64,000 nt of DNA from Nannocystis pusilla (lineage in GTDB: Bacteria > Myxococcota_A > Polyangia > Nannocystales > Nannocystaceae). Each line of letters starts with the position of its first letter. Positions within the stretch are counted from its first letter, which is position 1. Shown one piece after another: positions 48,385-59,233 of this stretch. The notes below the pieces were generated by a model, which worked only from the letters and a program-made list of their open reading frames with translations, was not told the DNA's origin and made no database searches. The stretch is taken from the NCBI RefSeq assembly GCF_049337375.1, contig NZ_JBMPIV010000001.1; one strand, given 5' to 3'. The position numbers and the translations under genes were made by a program.

Positions 48385-49626
48385 CTAACCCTTCCGATCG
48401 GGCGGGTAGGCGGCGCGGAGCCCGAGGGCGACTCGACGCTCGTCGTCGCCGAGTTCGTCCGCGTCGTCGGGGTCGTCGAGGCCGTCCTCGTCCACACCGG
48501 CGGGGCGCTCGACCCGGGCTGCTTCGAGCTCGCGGTGGCACCAGGGCTGGTCGATCGCGGCGAGCATGTCGGTGATGTCGGCCCTCGCCATCGGTGTGGT
48601 CGAACGCAGGGCGCGGCGCACCAGGCCGAGTGCGAGATCAGGGAGGTAACGCAAGGCGAGGATCGTTAACTTACCGAGGAAGGGGTTGCCGAGGAAGCCC
48701 GCGGCCCGCTCGACGGCCGCAAACTCGATGAATCGGGCGCGCAGGCCCGGTGCTCGCGCGTCGTGTTCGAGCTGGAAGGCGAGGCACTGATAGGTGGGGT
48801 AGGGGGGGTCGTCGTTCGTCACACGCGCGAACAGCCGGCGGACCAGCGGCACGCCGCGCGGGTCGAAGGAGGTGCACAGCAGCTCGACAGCCTTGCCGGC
48901 TGACGCGTCGATCGGGCCTGCAAGCAGCAGCGACTCGTACACGCGCAGGAGCTCGTCGGGCGTCAGGATTTGGGCGGCGGCCGGGAGGAAGTCGTAGGCG
49001 CGCGGATGGGCGCTCGCGCGGGCGCTCAGCCAGCGACCATGCGCCGAGATCACCGCCGGTGCGTCGTTGTCACCGAGCGCCTCTAGCCAGCACGCGACGA
49101 CCCCGGGATCGGCGAAGTCGACCTCGCCGAGCGCCGCGACCCGCTGCTCGAGCGCGTCGCACAGGCGAAACACATGCTCGCCCTGCGGATGCTCGAGGAT
49201 CGCGGCGTCACGCAGCTCGGCGAGCGAGGCTATGAGTGCGTTCTCGTGCGGCAACCAGCGCCATAGTCGTCGCTCAGGCAGGTCGCGCTCGCGAATGCTG
49301 GCGACGCGGACGGCGAAGAACCACGGATCGATCAAAGCGGCGTCGTCGTCGAGGAAGTCGACGTCGACGAGCTCACCGTCGGGGCCGATGAGGCAACAGC
49401 CGATGCCGTGAAATCGATAGTCCCATCCGGGCTGGCCGGGGACCGGGCCGACACCTTCGTCGTCTCGGTCGGGAAGGGTCTCGACGATGCGGCGGTGCCA
49501 CACCTGACGCGCGCGCTGGCGCATCAGCGCAAGCGTCAGCCAGGCGAGCCAGGGCGACGCCACCGGCGCGACGGTCCGCCCCGCGAGCGCGCCGTCGATA
49601 GCCCGGACGAAATCCATCAGGTTCAT
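48385..49626 (-). CDS. hypothetical protein (~413 aa)
   Basis: ATG at 49626 (MNLMDFVRAIDG); upstream 118 codons of the ORF are Arg/Ser-rich junk; no recognisable motif. Confidence 0.45.
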   Translation of the reverse strand: MNLMDFVRAIDGALAGRTVAPVASPWLAWLTLALMRQRARQVWHRRIVETLPDRDDEGVGPVPGQPGWDYRFHGIGCCLIGPDGELVDVDFLDDDAALIDPWFFAVRVASIRERDLPERRLWRWLPHENALIASLAELRDAAILEHPQGEHVFRLCDALEQRVAALGEVDFADPGVVACWLEALGDNDAPAVISAHGRWLSARASAHPRAYDFLPAAAQILTPDELLRVYESLLLAGPIDASAGKAVELLCTSFDPRGVPLVRRLFARVTNDDPPYPTYQCLAFQLEHDARAPGLRARFIEFAAVERAAGFLGNPFLGKLTILALRYLPDLALGLVRRALRSTTPMARADITDMLAAIDQPWCHRELEAARVERPAGVDEDGLDDPDDADELGDDERRVALGLRAAYPPDRKG

Positions 49627-50732
49627 AGCGGCACCCCGTCGGTCATTCCCGCCGACTGTACTTCGGGAGCCGGCCCGGTGGACAGCCTGCGGCTCACTCG
49701 CTGCAGCCGCGGCGCCCGAGCTCGTGTCGCTGCAGCCGTCACGGCGGCGCGAACCACAGGCCGGGGCAGACGTCGCAGAACTCCGCCGCCTCCTCGGCGC
49801 AGACCGTGTCCGATGCGGCGCCCCACTTGTCTTGCCGCCACTGTCGATCGTGTTGTGGTCCGCCTCGGTGCCGATACATGTGAGAAAAGCGAGGTGCGCC
49901 GCGGCATAGGCCAAGGGCGGCTGAAATGTACTTTTCATGGATTCATTGCGTATTCCGTCGAGGGCATGACGACGTGGCACATGCCGCCTGTCAAGAGCTT
50001 AATTCCGCACTGGAACACGGTTCCACTTGCACCGGACAGAGTGCCCAAGGTTGCCTCTGAACGCCGTTCTTCGTAGATATTGTTGGTGAAGTGATAGGTG
50101 CGCGGAATCCAGATCTGGTCGTCGCTGGATGAATTCCCGGCACCTCGAGCGTTGCCACGGCGTTGCCCAGCCGCTCCGTTGCCAACGTTTGAGCGGGCCG
50201 CGTCGGGCCACGGCGGATGACCCAAACCCTCACCGAACACCGATCTGAGCCAGGAGACGAGAGGCCGGGGGATCAGGGCGTTCGGGGAGGAATTAATTGC
50301 CGACTGCGCCTCGCGGGGGGGGGGCGGGGAAGGTCCGTCCGCGAGTTAACCGACCGGATGAACGCTCGTTCCTCGCGCTCATCCGGTCTCTAATTCGCGG
50401 CCGGCGCTTCCCCGCACCCCTGGCACGGCTGCAGCCGTGAGGAGCCGCCGCGCCGAACTCGGCTTCGTTCGTGAGCGGCTTTTGAAGCCGTGCGTCGGCG
50501 TCGATGCGACGGCCAGGGCTGGCGGTCGCATCGACGCTTTCTCGCGAGCTTTCGGCGCGGCCTGGTGCGCGGGGGATTTCGTGGGGGCGAGCGCGAGCGT
50601 GCCAGACGCGGCCGCAGAACGCCGTGTGCTCGGGGGTCGTCCAGCTGGGGGCGGAGAGAGGTGCGCAGCGTCAACCTTCATCGTTGCCGCATCTGCGACG
50701 TGTCGCATATTCGAGGCGCCCGGGAGAATCCC

Positions 50733-51380
50733 ATGAACTACACCACGATCGCGTTGAGCGGCCTATTGTGCACAATCCCCTATCTTCAAAATTGCGAGGT
50801 CGATCACGACGACCAGGACGACCACGACGACGATAACGACGACCACGACGATAACGACGACGACGACGACGATGATGGCGGCTCCGAGCCGCTGTACTGG
50901 GCGGAGGGGCCGCAGCAGGACGTGCCCGAGGGCGACCTCGTCGGCTGGACCGAGTGCTTCGCGAATCTCTACGGCGAGGCCGAGCCCGACCTCACGGGGA
51001 CGATCCTCGGCCAGGAGTGCACCGGGTCGAAGCTCCTCATGGCCTGCCGCCCGGTCGGTTCGCCCGACTTCCAGCTGCTGGCGATGGGGGAGCGCGCCGA
51101 CGTCCTGTTCGACGTCGGCATCCAGAGCGACGGCAAGCACGAGGCCAACGGGGTCGCCTGGTACTTCAGCGACAACTTCTCGTGGGGCTTCGCGCCTGCG
51201 GGCGACACGGTGAATCGTACGGAGTGCGACACTCAATTCGGCGGCCCGGAGGCCGACTCCAATCTGCGCCTGTGCTGGCACACTCTCGGCAACGAGATCG
51301 GCTCCGGCTACCGCTGCGGCGCGAACGAGAACCTCAACGGGTCCGGTGACTTCGAGCGCGTGATCTTCGAGGCCGATTGA
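50733..51380 (+). CDS. secreted protein with poly-Asp/His acidic tract (DHDDQDDHDDDNDDHDDNDDDDDDD) and Cys-containing C-terminal domain
   Basis: ATG 50733; signal-like MNYTTIALSGLLCTIPYLQNC; preceded by ~700 bp of low-GC (~55%) non-coding DNA. Confidence 0.5.
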   Translation: MNYTTIALSGLLCTIPYLQNCEVDHDDQDDHDDDNDDHDDNDDDDDDDGGSEPLYWAEGPQQDVPEGDLVGWTECFANLYGEAEPDLTGTILGQECTGSKLLMACRPVGSPDFQLLAMGERADVLFDVGIQSDGKHEANGVAWYFSDNFSWGFAPAGDTVNRTECDTQFGGPEADSNLRLCWHTLGNEIGSGYRCGANENLNGSGDFERVIFEAD

Positions 51381-51420
51381 CGCGGCGCCCCCAGCGACAT
51401 GGCCCCGGGGACAGATTGGC

Positions 51421-52404
51421 TCAGGACCGCGCGCGCGGTGGCGGGGGCCGCAGGGCGGCGACGACGAGGGCGCGGAAGAACTGCGCGCCGGGGTCGGCGT
51501 CGGTGCGCGCGTGCCAGTGCAGGGCGAGCGGGAAGTCGACGATCTCGAGCGGGGCGGCGACGGTGCGCAGGGGGAGGCGGCGGCTGACCTCGGCGGCGAA
51601 GCGGCGCGGGAGGCCGGTCATCCAGTCGGTGCGCGAGACGGCGACGGCGGCGGCCATGAAGTGCGGGACGGTGAGGACGACGCGGCGGCGCAGGCCGGCG
51701 CGGGCGAGGTTGTCGCGGGCGACGCGGTGGCCGTGGCCGCCCTCGCCGAGGATCTGCACGTCGACGTAGGGGGTGGCCTCGAAGCCGGCGCGGTCGAGGC
51801 GGCGGCCGACCTTGCGGTTGTCGCGGCGGACGACGAGGACGCCCTGTTCGCTGTAGAGCGGGGTCTGGCGCAGGCCGGGCGCAGTGACGGCGGCGGGGGC
51901 GAGGGCGAGGTCGACGAGGCCGGCGGCGAGGCCGTCGCTGGCGATCAGACGCTCGACGGTGATGACCTGCAAGGAGGCGCGCGGGAGCTGGCGCTCGAAG
52001 CGGGCGACGATCCGCGGCAGGTCGGAGACCTCCTGGTTGTCGGTGAGGGCGATGGAGAAGCGGCGGGTTGTGGTGGCAGGGTCGAAGTCGCGGCCGGCGG
52101 CGAGGGCAGCCCGCAGCTCGTGCAGGCCGGCGGCGATCCGCGGCTGCAGCTGGAGCGCCACCGGGGTCGGCGCCAGGCCGCGGCCGCGCCGGACCACGAG
52201 CGGGTCGCCGACGACCTCGCGCAGCCGCGCGAGGGCGTTCGAGACCGCCGACTGGGTGACGTGCAGGCGTCGCGCCGCCGCAGTGGCGCTGCCCTCGGTG
52301 AGCACCGCGTCGAGGACGAGGAACAGGTTGAGGTCGATCGCCGCGAGATCCACGAGTATCACCGCCAGTGATGGAGGAGATGAGGAAGTATCACTGGTCG
52401 TCAT
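51421..52404 (-). CDS. LysR-family transcriptional regulator
   Basis: N-terminal HTH IDLNLFLVLDAVLTEGSATAAARRLHVTQSAVSNALARLRE; LysR substrate-binding domain length. Confidence 0.8.
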   Translation of the reverse strand: MTTSDTSSSPPSLAVILVDLAAIDLNLFLVLDAVLTEGSATAAARRLHVTQSAVSNALARLREVVGDPLVVRRGRGLAPTPVALQLQPRIAAGLHELRAALAAGRDFDPATTTRRFSIALTDNQEVSDLPRIVARFERQLPRASLQVITVERLIASDGLAAGLVDLALAPAAVTAPGLRQTPLYSEQGVLVVRRDNRKVGRRLDRAGFEATPYVDVQILGEGGHGHRVARDNLARAGLRRRVVLTVPHFMAAAVAVSRTDWMTGLPRRFAAEVSRRLPLRTVAAPLEIVDFPLALHWHARTDADPGAQFFRALVVAALRPPPPRARS

Positions 52405-52429
52405 CGCCGGCCAGGGTTACTCCGATCGC

Positions 52430-52903
52430 ATGCAAACCGACGAGGCGGAGATCCGTGGGCATGTGCTGGCGACCTTCGAGGCGTGGAGCCGCGGCGACGC
52501 GCGGGCCTTCGCGGCCCTGTTCGCGCCGGAGGTCGATTACGTGACGTTCGACGGCGGGCTGGCGCGCGGGCGGGCGGAGGTCGAGCGGGCCCACGCGGCG
52601 CTGTTCGCGACGGTGCTACGTGGGACGAGCCTGCGCGGGGAGGTCACCGACGTGCGCACGATCGGCGAGGACGCGGCGGTGGCCCACGCGATCGGCGGGG
52701 CGGTGTGGCCGTGGCAGCGCGGGATCCCGGCTGACCGGCTGTCCCGGCAGACCTACGTGCTGGTCCGCGCCGGCGAGGGCTGGACGATCACCGCGTTTCA
52801 CAACACGCGCGTGCGGCCGCTGCCGCGGCCGGAGTCGCTCGCGTTCAAGCTGTTCGCGTGGTTCGTGCGGCTGCGGCTGCGGCTGCGCGGGGCGATCGGG
52901 TGA
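52430..52903 (+). CDS. SgcJ/EcaC-type (NTF2-like, DUF4440/SnoaL-like) protein
   Basis: ATG 52430; EAEIRGHVLATFEAWSRGDARAFAALFAPEVDYVTFDG typical NTF2-like N-terminus; divergent from LysR gene. Confidence 0.6.
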   Translation: MQTDEAEIRGHVLATFEAWSRGDARAFAALFAPEVDYVTFDGGLARGRAEVERAHAALFATVLRGTSLRGEVTDVRTIGEDAAVAHAIGGAVWPWQRGIPADRLSRQTYVLVRAGEGWTITAFHNTRVRPLPRPESLAFKLFAWFVRLRLRLRGAIG

Positions 52904-53080
52904 GGTGCACGAGCCTCGGCTCGAGGTCGCGGGCGGGCCGCCCGCAAGCGAGGGCGGGCGAGGTTCGGCGCAGCACGCGGACGGGCGAGAGGGCGCTTCG
53001 ACGCGCGCGTCGCCGAGCAGGGCCGAGGGGCGCCGGCGGGCCCGGTGGTTTTCCCCGGCGGGCTACGCCACGGTATTTGC

Positions 53081-56000
53081 ATGGGCGACGCAGGGACAGC
53101 GGACCCGGCGAAGTACCGCACCACCGGGCTGCTCAGTCAGAGCGCGGGCGCGGGCATCTATCGCGCGATCCGGCTGGAGGACAACTGCGCGGTCGTCATC
53201 AAGACGCTCGACCCACGGCTGCGCCCGGCGCGGGAGCTCGAGCGGTTGCGGGCGGAGTACGAGCTGGGGCGATCGCTCGACCTCCCGGGGACGGTCAAGC
53301 CGATCGCGCTGGACACGTACCGCGGCATGCCGGCGCTGGTGTTCGAACACTTCGAGGGGACGTTCCTCGAGCAGCTGCTCACGGCGACGCCGCTGCCGCT
53401 CGAGCGCTTCCTGACGCTGGCGATCGGCATCGCCGGGGCGGTCGAGGAGCTCCACCGAAGCGACGTGGTCCACAAGGACCTCAAGCCCGACAACATCGTG
53501 GTCGACCCGGTCCGCGGCGAGGTCAAGCTGGCCAACCTCGGCGTGGCGTCGCCGCAGCAGCGCGAGTCCGGGCTCGCGCCCACCGCGGGGATCCTGACCG
53601 GATCGCTGCCGTACATGTCGCCGGAGCAGACCGGGCGGATGAACCGCCCGCTCGACTTTCGCAGCGACCTCTACTCGCTGGGCGTGACGTTCTACCGCAT
53701 GCTGACCGGACGCCTGCCGTTCCGCGCCAGCGACCCCCTGGAATGGATCCACTGCCACGTGGCGCGCCGCGTCACGCCGCCGTCGGCGCTGCGCCCGTCG
53801 GTGCCGGAGGTGGTGTCGGCGATCGTGGTGAAGCTGCTGGCCAAGGTCGCGGAGGACCGCTACCAGAGCGCGCGGGGGCTCCGCCGCGATCTCGAGCGGT
53901 GCCTGGCGGCATGGCGCGCGCGCGGGCAGATCGAGCCGTTCCCGCTCGGCGAGGAGGACCTGGCGGAGCGGCCGCGCGTGCCGCTGCAGCTGTACGGGCG
54001 CGAGCGCGAGCTGGCGGCGCTCCGCGGCGCGTTCGAGGCGATGGTCGAGACCGGGGCGCCGGGGGTCGTGCGCGTGTCCGGCTATTCCGGGGTGGGCAAG
54101 TCGTCCCTGGTCCACAAGCTGCAGCGACCGATCATCCAGGCCCACGGGTTCTTCCTCGCGGGCAAGTTCGATCAGTACCAGCGCGGGATCCCCTACGCGA
54201 CGATCTCGCAGGCCTTCCGCGCGCTCGTCCGCGACATCCTCGCCGAGCCCGAGGAGCGCGTCACCGAGTGGCGCGGGCGCTTGAAGGCGGCGCTCGGCCT
54301 GAACGCGCGGCTCATCGTCGACATCATCCCCGAGCTGTCTCTCGTGATCGGCGAGCAGCCGCCGGTGCCCGAGCTGTCGGGGTCGGACGCGCAGAGCCGG
54401 TTCCACCTGGTCTTTCGCCAATTCCTCGGGGTGTTCGCGGCGCGTGAGCACCCGGTGGCGCTGTTCCTCGACGACCTGCAATGGGTCGATCCGGCCAGCC
54501 TGGCGCTGCTCACCCACCTGATCACGCACCCCGACATCCACTATTTCCTGTGGATCTGCGCGTACCGGGACAACGAGGTGAGCGCGGCGCATCCGTTGAT
54601 GACGGCGCTCGCCCGGGTGCGCGCGGCGAACGTCGCGGTGCGCGACATCTTCCTCGGTCCGCTGTCCGAGGAGCACCTCGCCGCGCTCGTCACCGCCACG
54701 TTCGGCGGGCGCGTCCGCGACGCGGCGGCGCTCGCTCGCCTGATCCACGGCAAGACCGCCGGCAACCCGTTCTTCGCGCTGCAGTTCTTGAACATGCTGC
54801 ATCAGGAGGGGCTCATCGCGCTCGACCTGTCGACCGGGATGTGGGCGGGGGACATCCCGCGGATCCAGGCCAAGACGACGACGATCAACGTGGCCGAGCT
54901 CATGGTGCAGACGCTGCAGCGCCTGTCGCCGGGGGCGCGCGAGGCCCTCGAGCTGGCCGCCTGCATCGGCGGGACCACCGAGCTCGGCCTGCTCGCGGCG
55001 CTCGCCGACCGGTCGGAAGAGGAGGTGCGGCGCGACCTGTCGGCTGCCGTCCAGGCGGGGCTGGTGCTGCGCGACGGCGACGCCTACAAGTTCGCCCACG
55101 ACCGCGTGCAGGAGGCGGCGTTCAGCCTGATCCCCGCGGCGGAGCAAGCCGCCGTCCACCTGCGGATCGGGCGGGCGCTGCTGGCTCGCCTGACGCGCGA
55201 GGAGCTCGAGGCGCAGCTGTTCGAGGTCGCCGGTCACTTCGAAGCGGCTGCGCACCTGCTCGAAAGGACAGACGAGAAGGTCCGCGTCGCCGGGCTCCAC
55301 CTGGCGGCCGGGCGCAAGGCCCAGGCGTCGACGGCCTACGACGCGGCGGTCCGCTACTACTCGGCCGGGAGCGCGTTGCTGTGCGCCGAGGCGTGGGACG
55401 AGCAGCACTCGCTGGCGTTCTCGCTGGGGTTCGGTCGGGCCGAGTGTGAATATTTACAGGGCCGATTCGACGCGGCGGAGTCGCAATTCGCGGCGCTCTT
55501 CGAGCGCGCGCAGACCCGCCGCGAGCGCGCGGAGATCCGACGGGTCGAGGTCGACCTGTTCACCAGCCGGCAGGAGCTCCGCACCGCGGTCGAGCGCGGG
55601 ATCGAGGGCCTGCGGTGGCTCGGGGTCGAGGTGCCGGTGCACCCGACGCCCGCGCAGGTGCAGCGCGAGCTGCAGACGATCCGGGACGCGCTCGGCGAGC
55701 GGCGGATCGAGGACCTCATCGATCTGCCGCCGCTCGTCGACCCCGACATGCGCGCGGCGCTCGGGATCCTCGCGGTGTTGTTCGCGCCGGCGCTCAACAC
55801 CGACCCGGAGCTGCCGTTCCTCTGTTATTGCCGCATGGTCGAGATCAGCCTGCGCCACGGCAACGGCGAGGCCTCGGCGCTCGGCTACGCGTACTTCGGG
55901 ATGGTGCTCGGGCCGGCGTTCGGCCGCTACCGCGAGGGGTACCAATTCGGCAAGCTGGGGTACGACCTGGCGGAGCGGCTCGGCCTGGTGGCGTATCGCG

Positions 56001-58786
56001 CCAAGCTGCACTGCATCTTCGGCGATTGCATCTGCTTCTGGACGCAGCACCTGCGCGGCGCGCTGCGCTACCTCGATATCGCGTTCCAGACGGCGCTCCA
56101 GACCGGCGACATCACGTTCGCCTGCTACTGCTGCAATCATTACGTGGCCGATCTGCTGGTCCTGGGCGAGCCGCTCGACCGGGTCGACCGGGAGCTCGAG
56201 CGCCGGCTGGCCTTCACGCGCAACGCGAACTTCGCCGGCTCGTCGCAGGTGCTGGTCGGGATCCAGCGGCTGGTCCGCAACCTCCAAGGGCGGACCCGCA
56301 GCCGCGCGAGCTTCAGCGACGAGGCGTTCGACGACGAGGCGTACCAGGCGGAGATGAGCGCGTCGCCGTGGACGGTGGTGAAGTGCTGGTACTTCATCAT
56401 GAAGCTGCAGGGCCTGTTCCTCAGCGGCGATTACGCGGCGGCGCTGGCGGCCGGCGACGCGGCGGCGCCGCTGCTGTGGTGCTCGCTGGCGCATATCCAG
56501 GAGCCCGAGTACTGGTATTATTATGCGCTGACGCTGGCGGCCCACGTGTCGTCCGCCGCGCCGGTGCGGCAGCGCGAGGCGCTCGCGGTGCTGGCGCGCC
56601 ACGAGGCGAAGCTGGCGGAGTGGGCGGCCTCGTGCCCGCAGAACTTCGGCCACAAGCACGCGCTGGTCTCGGCCGAGATCGCCCGCCTGGAGGGCCGCGA
56701 GCGCGACGCGCTGCAATGCTACGACCGCGCGATCAAGGGGGCGCGCGACGAGGGCTTCGTGCAAAACCAGGCGATCGCCGACGAGCTGCTGGCCCGCTTC
56801 TACCGCGACCGCGGGCTCGAGATGCTGGCCGAGACGCACCTGCACGCCGCGCGTGCCAGCTATGTGAAGTGGGGGGCCCACGGCAAGGTGCGCCAGCTCG
56901 ACGAGCAGGAGGAGGGCCTGTCCGAGCCGCCGCCGGGCGCTTGCGAGGCCAGCGACACGGTCACCGCGGAGCACATCGACCTGCTGGCGGTGACCAAGGC
57001 GTCGCAGTCGATCTCGAGCGAGATCGTGCAGGAGAAGCTGCTGCGCCGCCTGCTCAGCGTGGTGCTCGAGCAGAGCGGGGCCCGCACCGCGCACCTCATC
57101 GGGGTGAGGCACGGCGAGCTGACGCTCGAGGCCAGCGCCACGCTCGACGAGGCGGGGATGCGCGCCGACCTGCGCCGACGCGGCCCCGAGGAGCTCGCCA
57201 GGCTGGTGCCGGCGTCGATCGTGCAATACGTGCACCGCACCGGCGAGCGCGTGCTCCTCGACGACGCGCGCGCCGACCCGGGCCGGTTCGGCCTCGACGA
57301 GTACGTCGCGCAGGTCCAGCCGCGCTCGCTCCTGTGCTTCCCGATCCGCCGCCGCGGGGCAGTGCAGGACGTCCTCTACCTCGAGAACAGCCTGGTCCCG
57401 AGCGCGTTCCGCAGCGAGCATTTGACGGTGCTCGAGCTGCTGGCCGCGCAGGCGGCCATCTCGCTCGAGAACGCGACGCTGCTGATGCAGGAGCAGGCGG
57501 CCCGGCAGGCGGCCGAGGCGGACCACCGGCGCGCGGCGTTCCTCGGCGACGCGAGCAAGCTGCTCGGCGAGTCGCTCGACTACGAAGAGGTGCTGCACCG
57601 CCTGGCCGACCTGTGCGTGGGCTCGTTCGCCGACTGGTGCGCGATCGATGTCGTCGAGGGCCAGGAGATCCGCCGCCGCACGTCGGCGCCGAGCAGCCCG
57701 GCGCAGGCGGCGGTGCTCGAGGAGATCCGGGCTCGCTACCCGCCGCGCCTCGACTCACCGCACCCGTCGTCGACGGCGATCCGCGCCGGCGCGCCGCTCC
57801 TCGTCGAGATGACCGATGAGAACCTCGCGCGCTACTGCGTCGACGAGGGTCACGCCCAGCTGCTGCGCGAGCTCGGGGTCAGGACCGCGATCGTGGCGCC
57901 GCTGCCGACCGGGTCGCGGATCCTCGGCGCCATCACGCTCGGCTCGGGGCGGCCGGACTTTCACTACGCGGCCGCCGACCTCGATCTCTTGGTGGAGCTC
58001 GCCCGCCGCGCGGCCATGGCGATCGACAACGCCAGGCTCTACCGCCAGGCCCAGGCCGCGCTGCGGCTGCGCGACGAATTCCTGTCGGTCGCGTCGCACG
58101 AGCTGCGCACGCCGATGACGTCGCTGACCCTCGCGCTGCAGACGATCGTCAAGCCGACCCCGACCGGCAAGCCGCTCGATCCGCAGATCACGAGCAAGCT
58201 GCTCGACCTGGCGATCCGTCAGTCCGGGCGGATGAACCGTCTGATCGGCGACCTCCTCGACGTGTCGCGCATCGAGACCTGGCAGCTCGCGCTGTCGCTC
58301 GGCGAGGTCGAGTTGAGCGGCCTCGTGCGCGAGGTCCTGGCCCGGTTCCAGCCCGATCTGGCGCGCGCAGGCAGCTCGGCGACGATCGAGGCCCCGGCGC
58401 CGGTGGTCGGACGCTGGGACCGTTCGCGCCTCGAGCAGGTCGTCTCCAACATCCTCTCGAACGCGGCCAAGTTCGGGGCCGGGGCGCCGATCGAGATCAC
58501 GGTGAGGCGCCTGGGCGACATGGCGCGGTTGACGATCCGCGACCACGGGCTCGGCATCGACCCGGAGCGTTTGCCGAGGATCTTCGACCGCTTCGAGCGC
58601 GGCGTGTCGGCGCAGAACTACGGCGGGCTGGGGCTGGGCCTCTACATCGCCCGCAAGATCGTCGAGGGCCACTGTGGTACGATCCGCGCCACGAGTACGC
58701 CGGGCGAGGGGACGACGTTCATCGTCGAACTGCCGTGCTGCGCGAGCACGCCGCCGACGGCGACGGACGGAGGTCCACGGTCATGA
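53081..58786 (+). CDS. multidomain signalling protein: Ser/Thr kinase + AAA/STAND-type P-loop ATPase + helical/TPR-like region + GAF domains + histidine kinase (HisKA/HATPase_c)
   Basis: Kinase HKDLKPDNIVV..., Walker A GYSGVGKSSLV, Walker B LFLDDLQWVD, H-box ASHELRTPMTSL, G-boxes DHGLGI / GGLGLGLYIA; ~1900 aa. Confidence 0.85.
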   Translation: MGDAGTADPAKYRTTGLLSQSAGAGIYRAIRLEDNCAVVIKTLDPRLRPARELERLRAEYELGRSLDLPGTVKPIALDTYRGMPALVFEHFEGTFLEQLLTATPLPLERFLTLAIGIAGAVEELHRSDVVHKDLKPDNIVVDPVRGEVKLANLGVASPQQRESGLAPTAGILTGSLPYMSPEQTGRMNRPLDFRSDLYSLGVTFYRMLTGRLPFRASDPLEWIHCHVARRVTPPSALRPSVPEVVSAIVVKLLAKVAEDRYQSARGLRRDLERCLAAWRARGQIEPFPLGEEDLAERPRVPLQLYGRERELAALRGAFEAMVETGAPGVVRVSGYSGVGKSSLVHKLQRPIIQAHGFFLAGKFDQYQRGIPYATISQAFRALVRDILAEPEERVTEWRGRLKAALGLNARLIVDIIPELSLVIGEQPPVPELSGSDAQSRFHLVFRQFLGVFAAREHPVALFLDDLQWVDPASLALLTHLITHPDIHYFLWICAYRDNEVSAAHPLMTALARVRAANVAVRDIFLGPLSEEHLAALVTATFGGRVRDAAALARLIHGKTAGNPFFALQFLNMLHQEGLIALDLSTGMWAGDIPRIQAKTTTINVAELMVQTLQRLSPGAREALELAACIGGTTELGLLAALADRSEEEVRRDLSAAVQAGLVLRDGDAYKFAHDRVQEAAFSLIPAAEQAAVHLRIGRALLARLTREELEAQLFEVAGHFEAAAHLLERTDEKVRVAGLHLAAGRKAQASTAYDAAVRYYSAGSALLCAEAWDEQHSLAFSLGFGRAECEYLQGRFDAAESQFAALFERAQTRRERAEIRRVEVDLFTSRQELRTAVERGIEGLRWLGVEVPVHPTPAQVQRELQTIRDALGERRIEDLIDLPPLVDPDMRAALGILAVLFAPALNTDPELPFLCYCRMVEISLRHGNGEASALGYAYFGMVLGPAFGRYREGYQFGKLGYDLAERLGLVAYRAKLHCIFGDCICFWTQHLRGALRYLDIAFQTALQTGDITFACYCCNHYVADLLVLGEPLDRVDRELERRLAFTRNANFAGSSQVLVGIQRLVRNLQGRTRSRASFSDEAFDDEAYQAEMSASPWTVVKCWYFIMKLQGLFLSGDYAAALAAGDAAAPLLWCSLAHIQEPEYWYYYALTLAAHVSSAAPVRQREALAVLARHEAKLAEWAASCPQNFGHKHALVSAEIARLEGRERDALQCYDRAIKGARDEGFVQNQAIADELLARFYRDRGLEMLAETHLHAARASYVKWGAHGKVRQLDEQEEGLSEPPPGACEASDTVTAEHIDLLAVTKASQSISSEIVQEKLLRRLLSVVLEQSGARTAHLIGVRHGELTLEASATLDEAGMRADLRRRGPEELARLVPASIVQYVHRTGERVLLDDARADPGRFGLDEYVAQVQPRSLLCFPIRRRGAVQDVLYLENSLVPSAFRSEHLTVLELLAAQAAISLENATLLMQEQAARQAAEADHRRAAFLGDASKLLGESLDYEEVLHRLADLCVGSFADWCAIDVVEGQEIRRRTSAPSSPAQAAVLEEIRARYPPRLDSPHPSSTAIRAGAPLLVEMTDENLARYCVDEGHAQLLRELGVRTAIVAPLPTGSRILGAITLGSGRPDFHYAAADLDLLVELARRAAMAIDNARLYRQAQAALRLRDEFLSVASHELRTPMTSLTLALQTIVKPTPTGKPLDPQITSKLLDLAIRQSGRMNRLIGDLLDVSRIETWQLALSLGEVELSGLVREVLARFQPDLARAGSSATIEAPAPVVGRWDRSRLEQVVSNILSNAAKFGAGAPIEITVRRLGDMARLTIRDHGLGIDPERLPRIFDRFERGVSAQNYGGLGLGLYIARKIVEGHCGTIRATSTPGEGTTFIVELPCCASTPPTATDGGPRS

Positions 58787-59181
58787 CGGTCGAGAAGAAG
58801 GAGGCGGGCGGGCTGGTGCTCGTGGTCGACGACGACCCGGACGTCTGCGAGACGCTGCAGACGGTCCTCGAGGTGTCGGGCTATCGCGTCGCCGCGGCGG
58901 GCAACGGCGAGGAGGCCCTGAAGACGCTGCGCAGCGGGGTTCGTCCGTGTCTGGTCTTGCTCGACCTGATGATGCCGGTGATGAACGGGCAGGAGTTCCG
59001 CGCCCAGCAACGCGAGGACCCGGCGATCGCCGGGGTCCCGGTGGTGGTGGTCTCGGGCGATCACCGCGTGGCCGAGAAGGCGGTCGAGATGGGCCTGGAA
59101 GGGCTGAGCAAGCCGATCGACATCGACGACCTCCTGCAGCTCGTGGGCCGGTTCTGCGGGCCGCCGGCGTGTACGTGCTGA
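58783..59181 (+). CDS. single-domain (CheY-like) response regulator, translationally coupled to the megaprotein (ATGA overlap)
   Basis: LVLVVDDDPDVCETL...LVLLDLMMPVMNGQEF...SKP receiver motifs. Confidence 0.8.
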   Translation: MTVEKKEAGGLVLVVDDDPDVCETLQTVLEVSGYRVAAAGNGEEALKTLRSGVRPCLVLLDLMMPVMNGQEFRAQQREDPAIAGVPVVVVSGDHRVAEKAVEMGLEGLSKPIDIDDLLQLVGRFCGPPACTC

Positions 59182-59233
59182 CGCCGACGAGCCCCGGCCG
59201 GTGCGTCGAGGCGTCCGCGAGCGGGCGCCCGCG

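Noticed and set aside
49935-50240. Small ORFs in the low-GC 49.9-50.7 kb segment
   Set aside because: The translations have no protein-like composition or motifs. The region is treated as non-coding island remnant.
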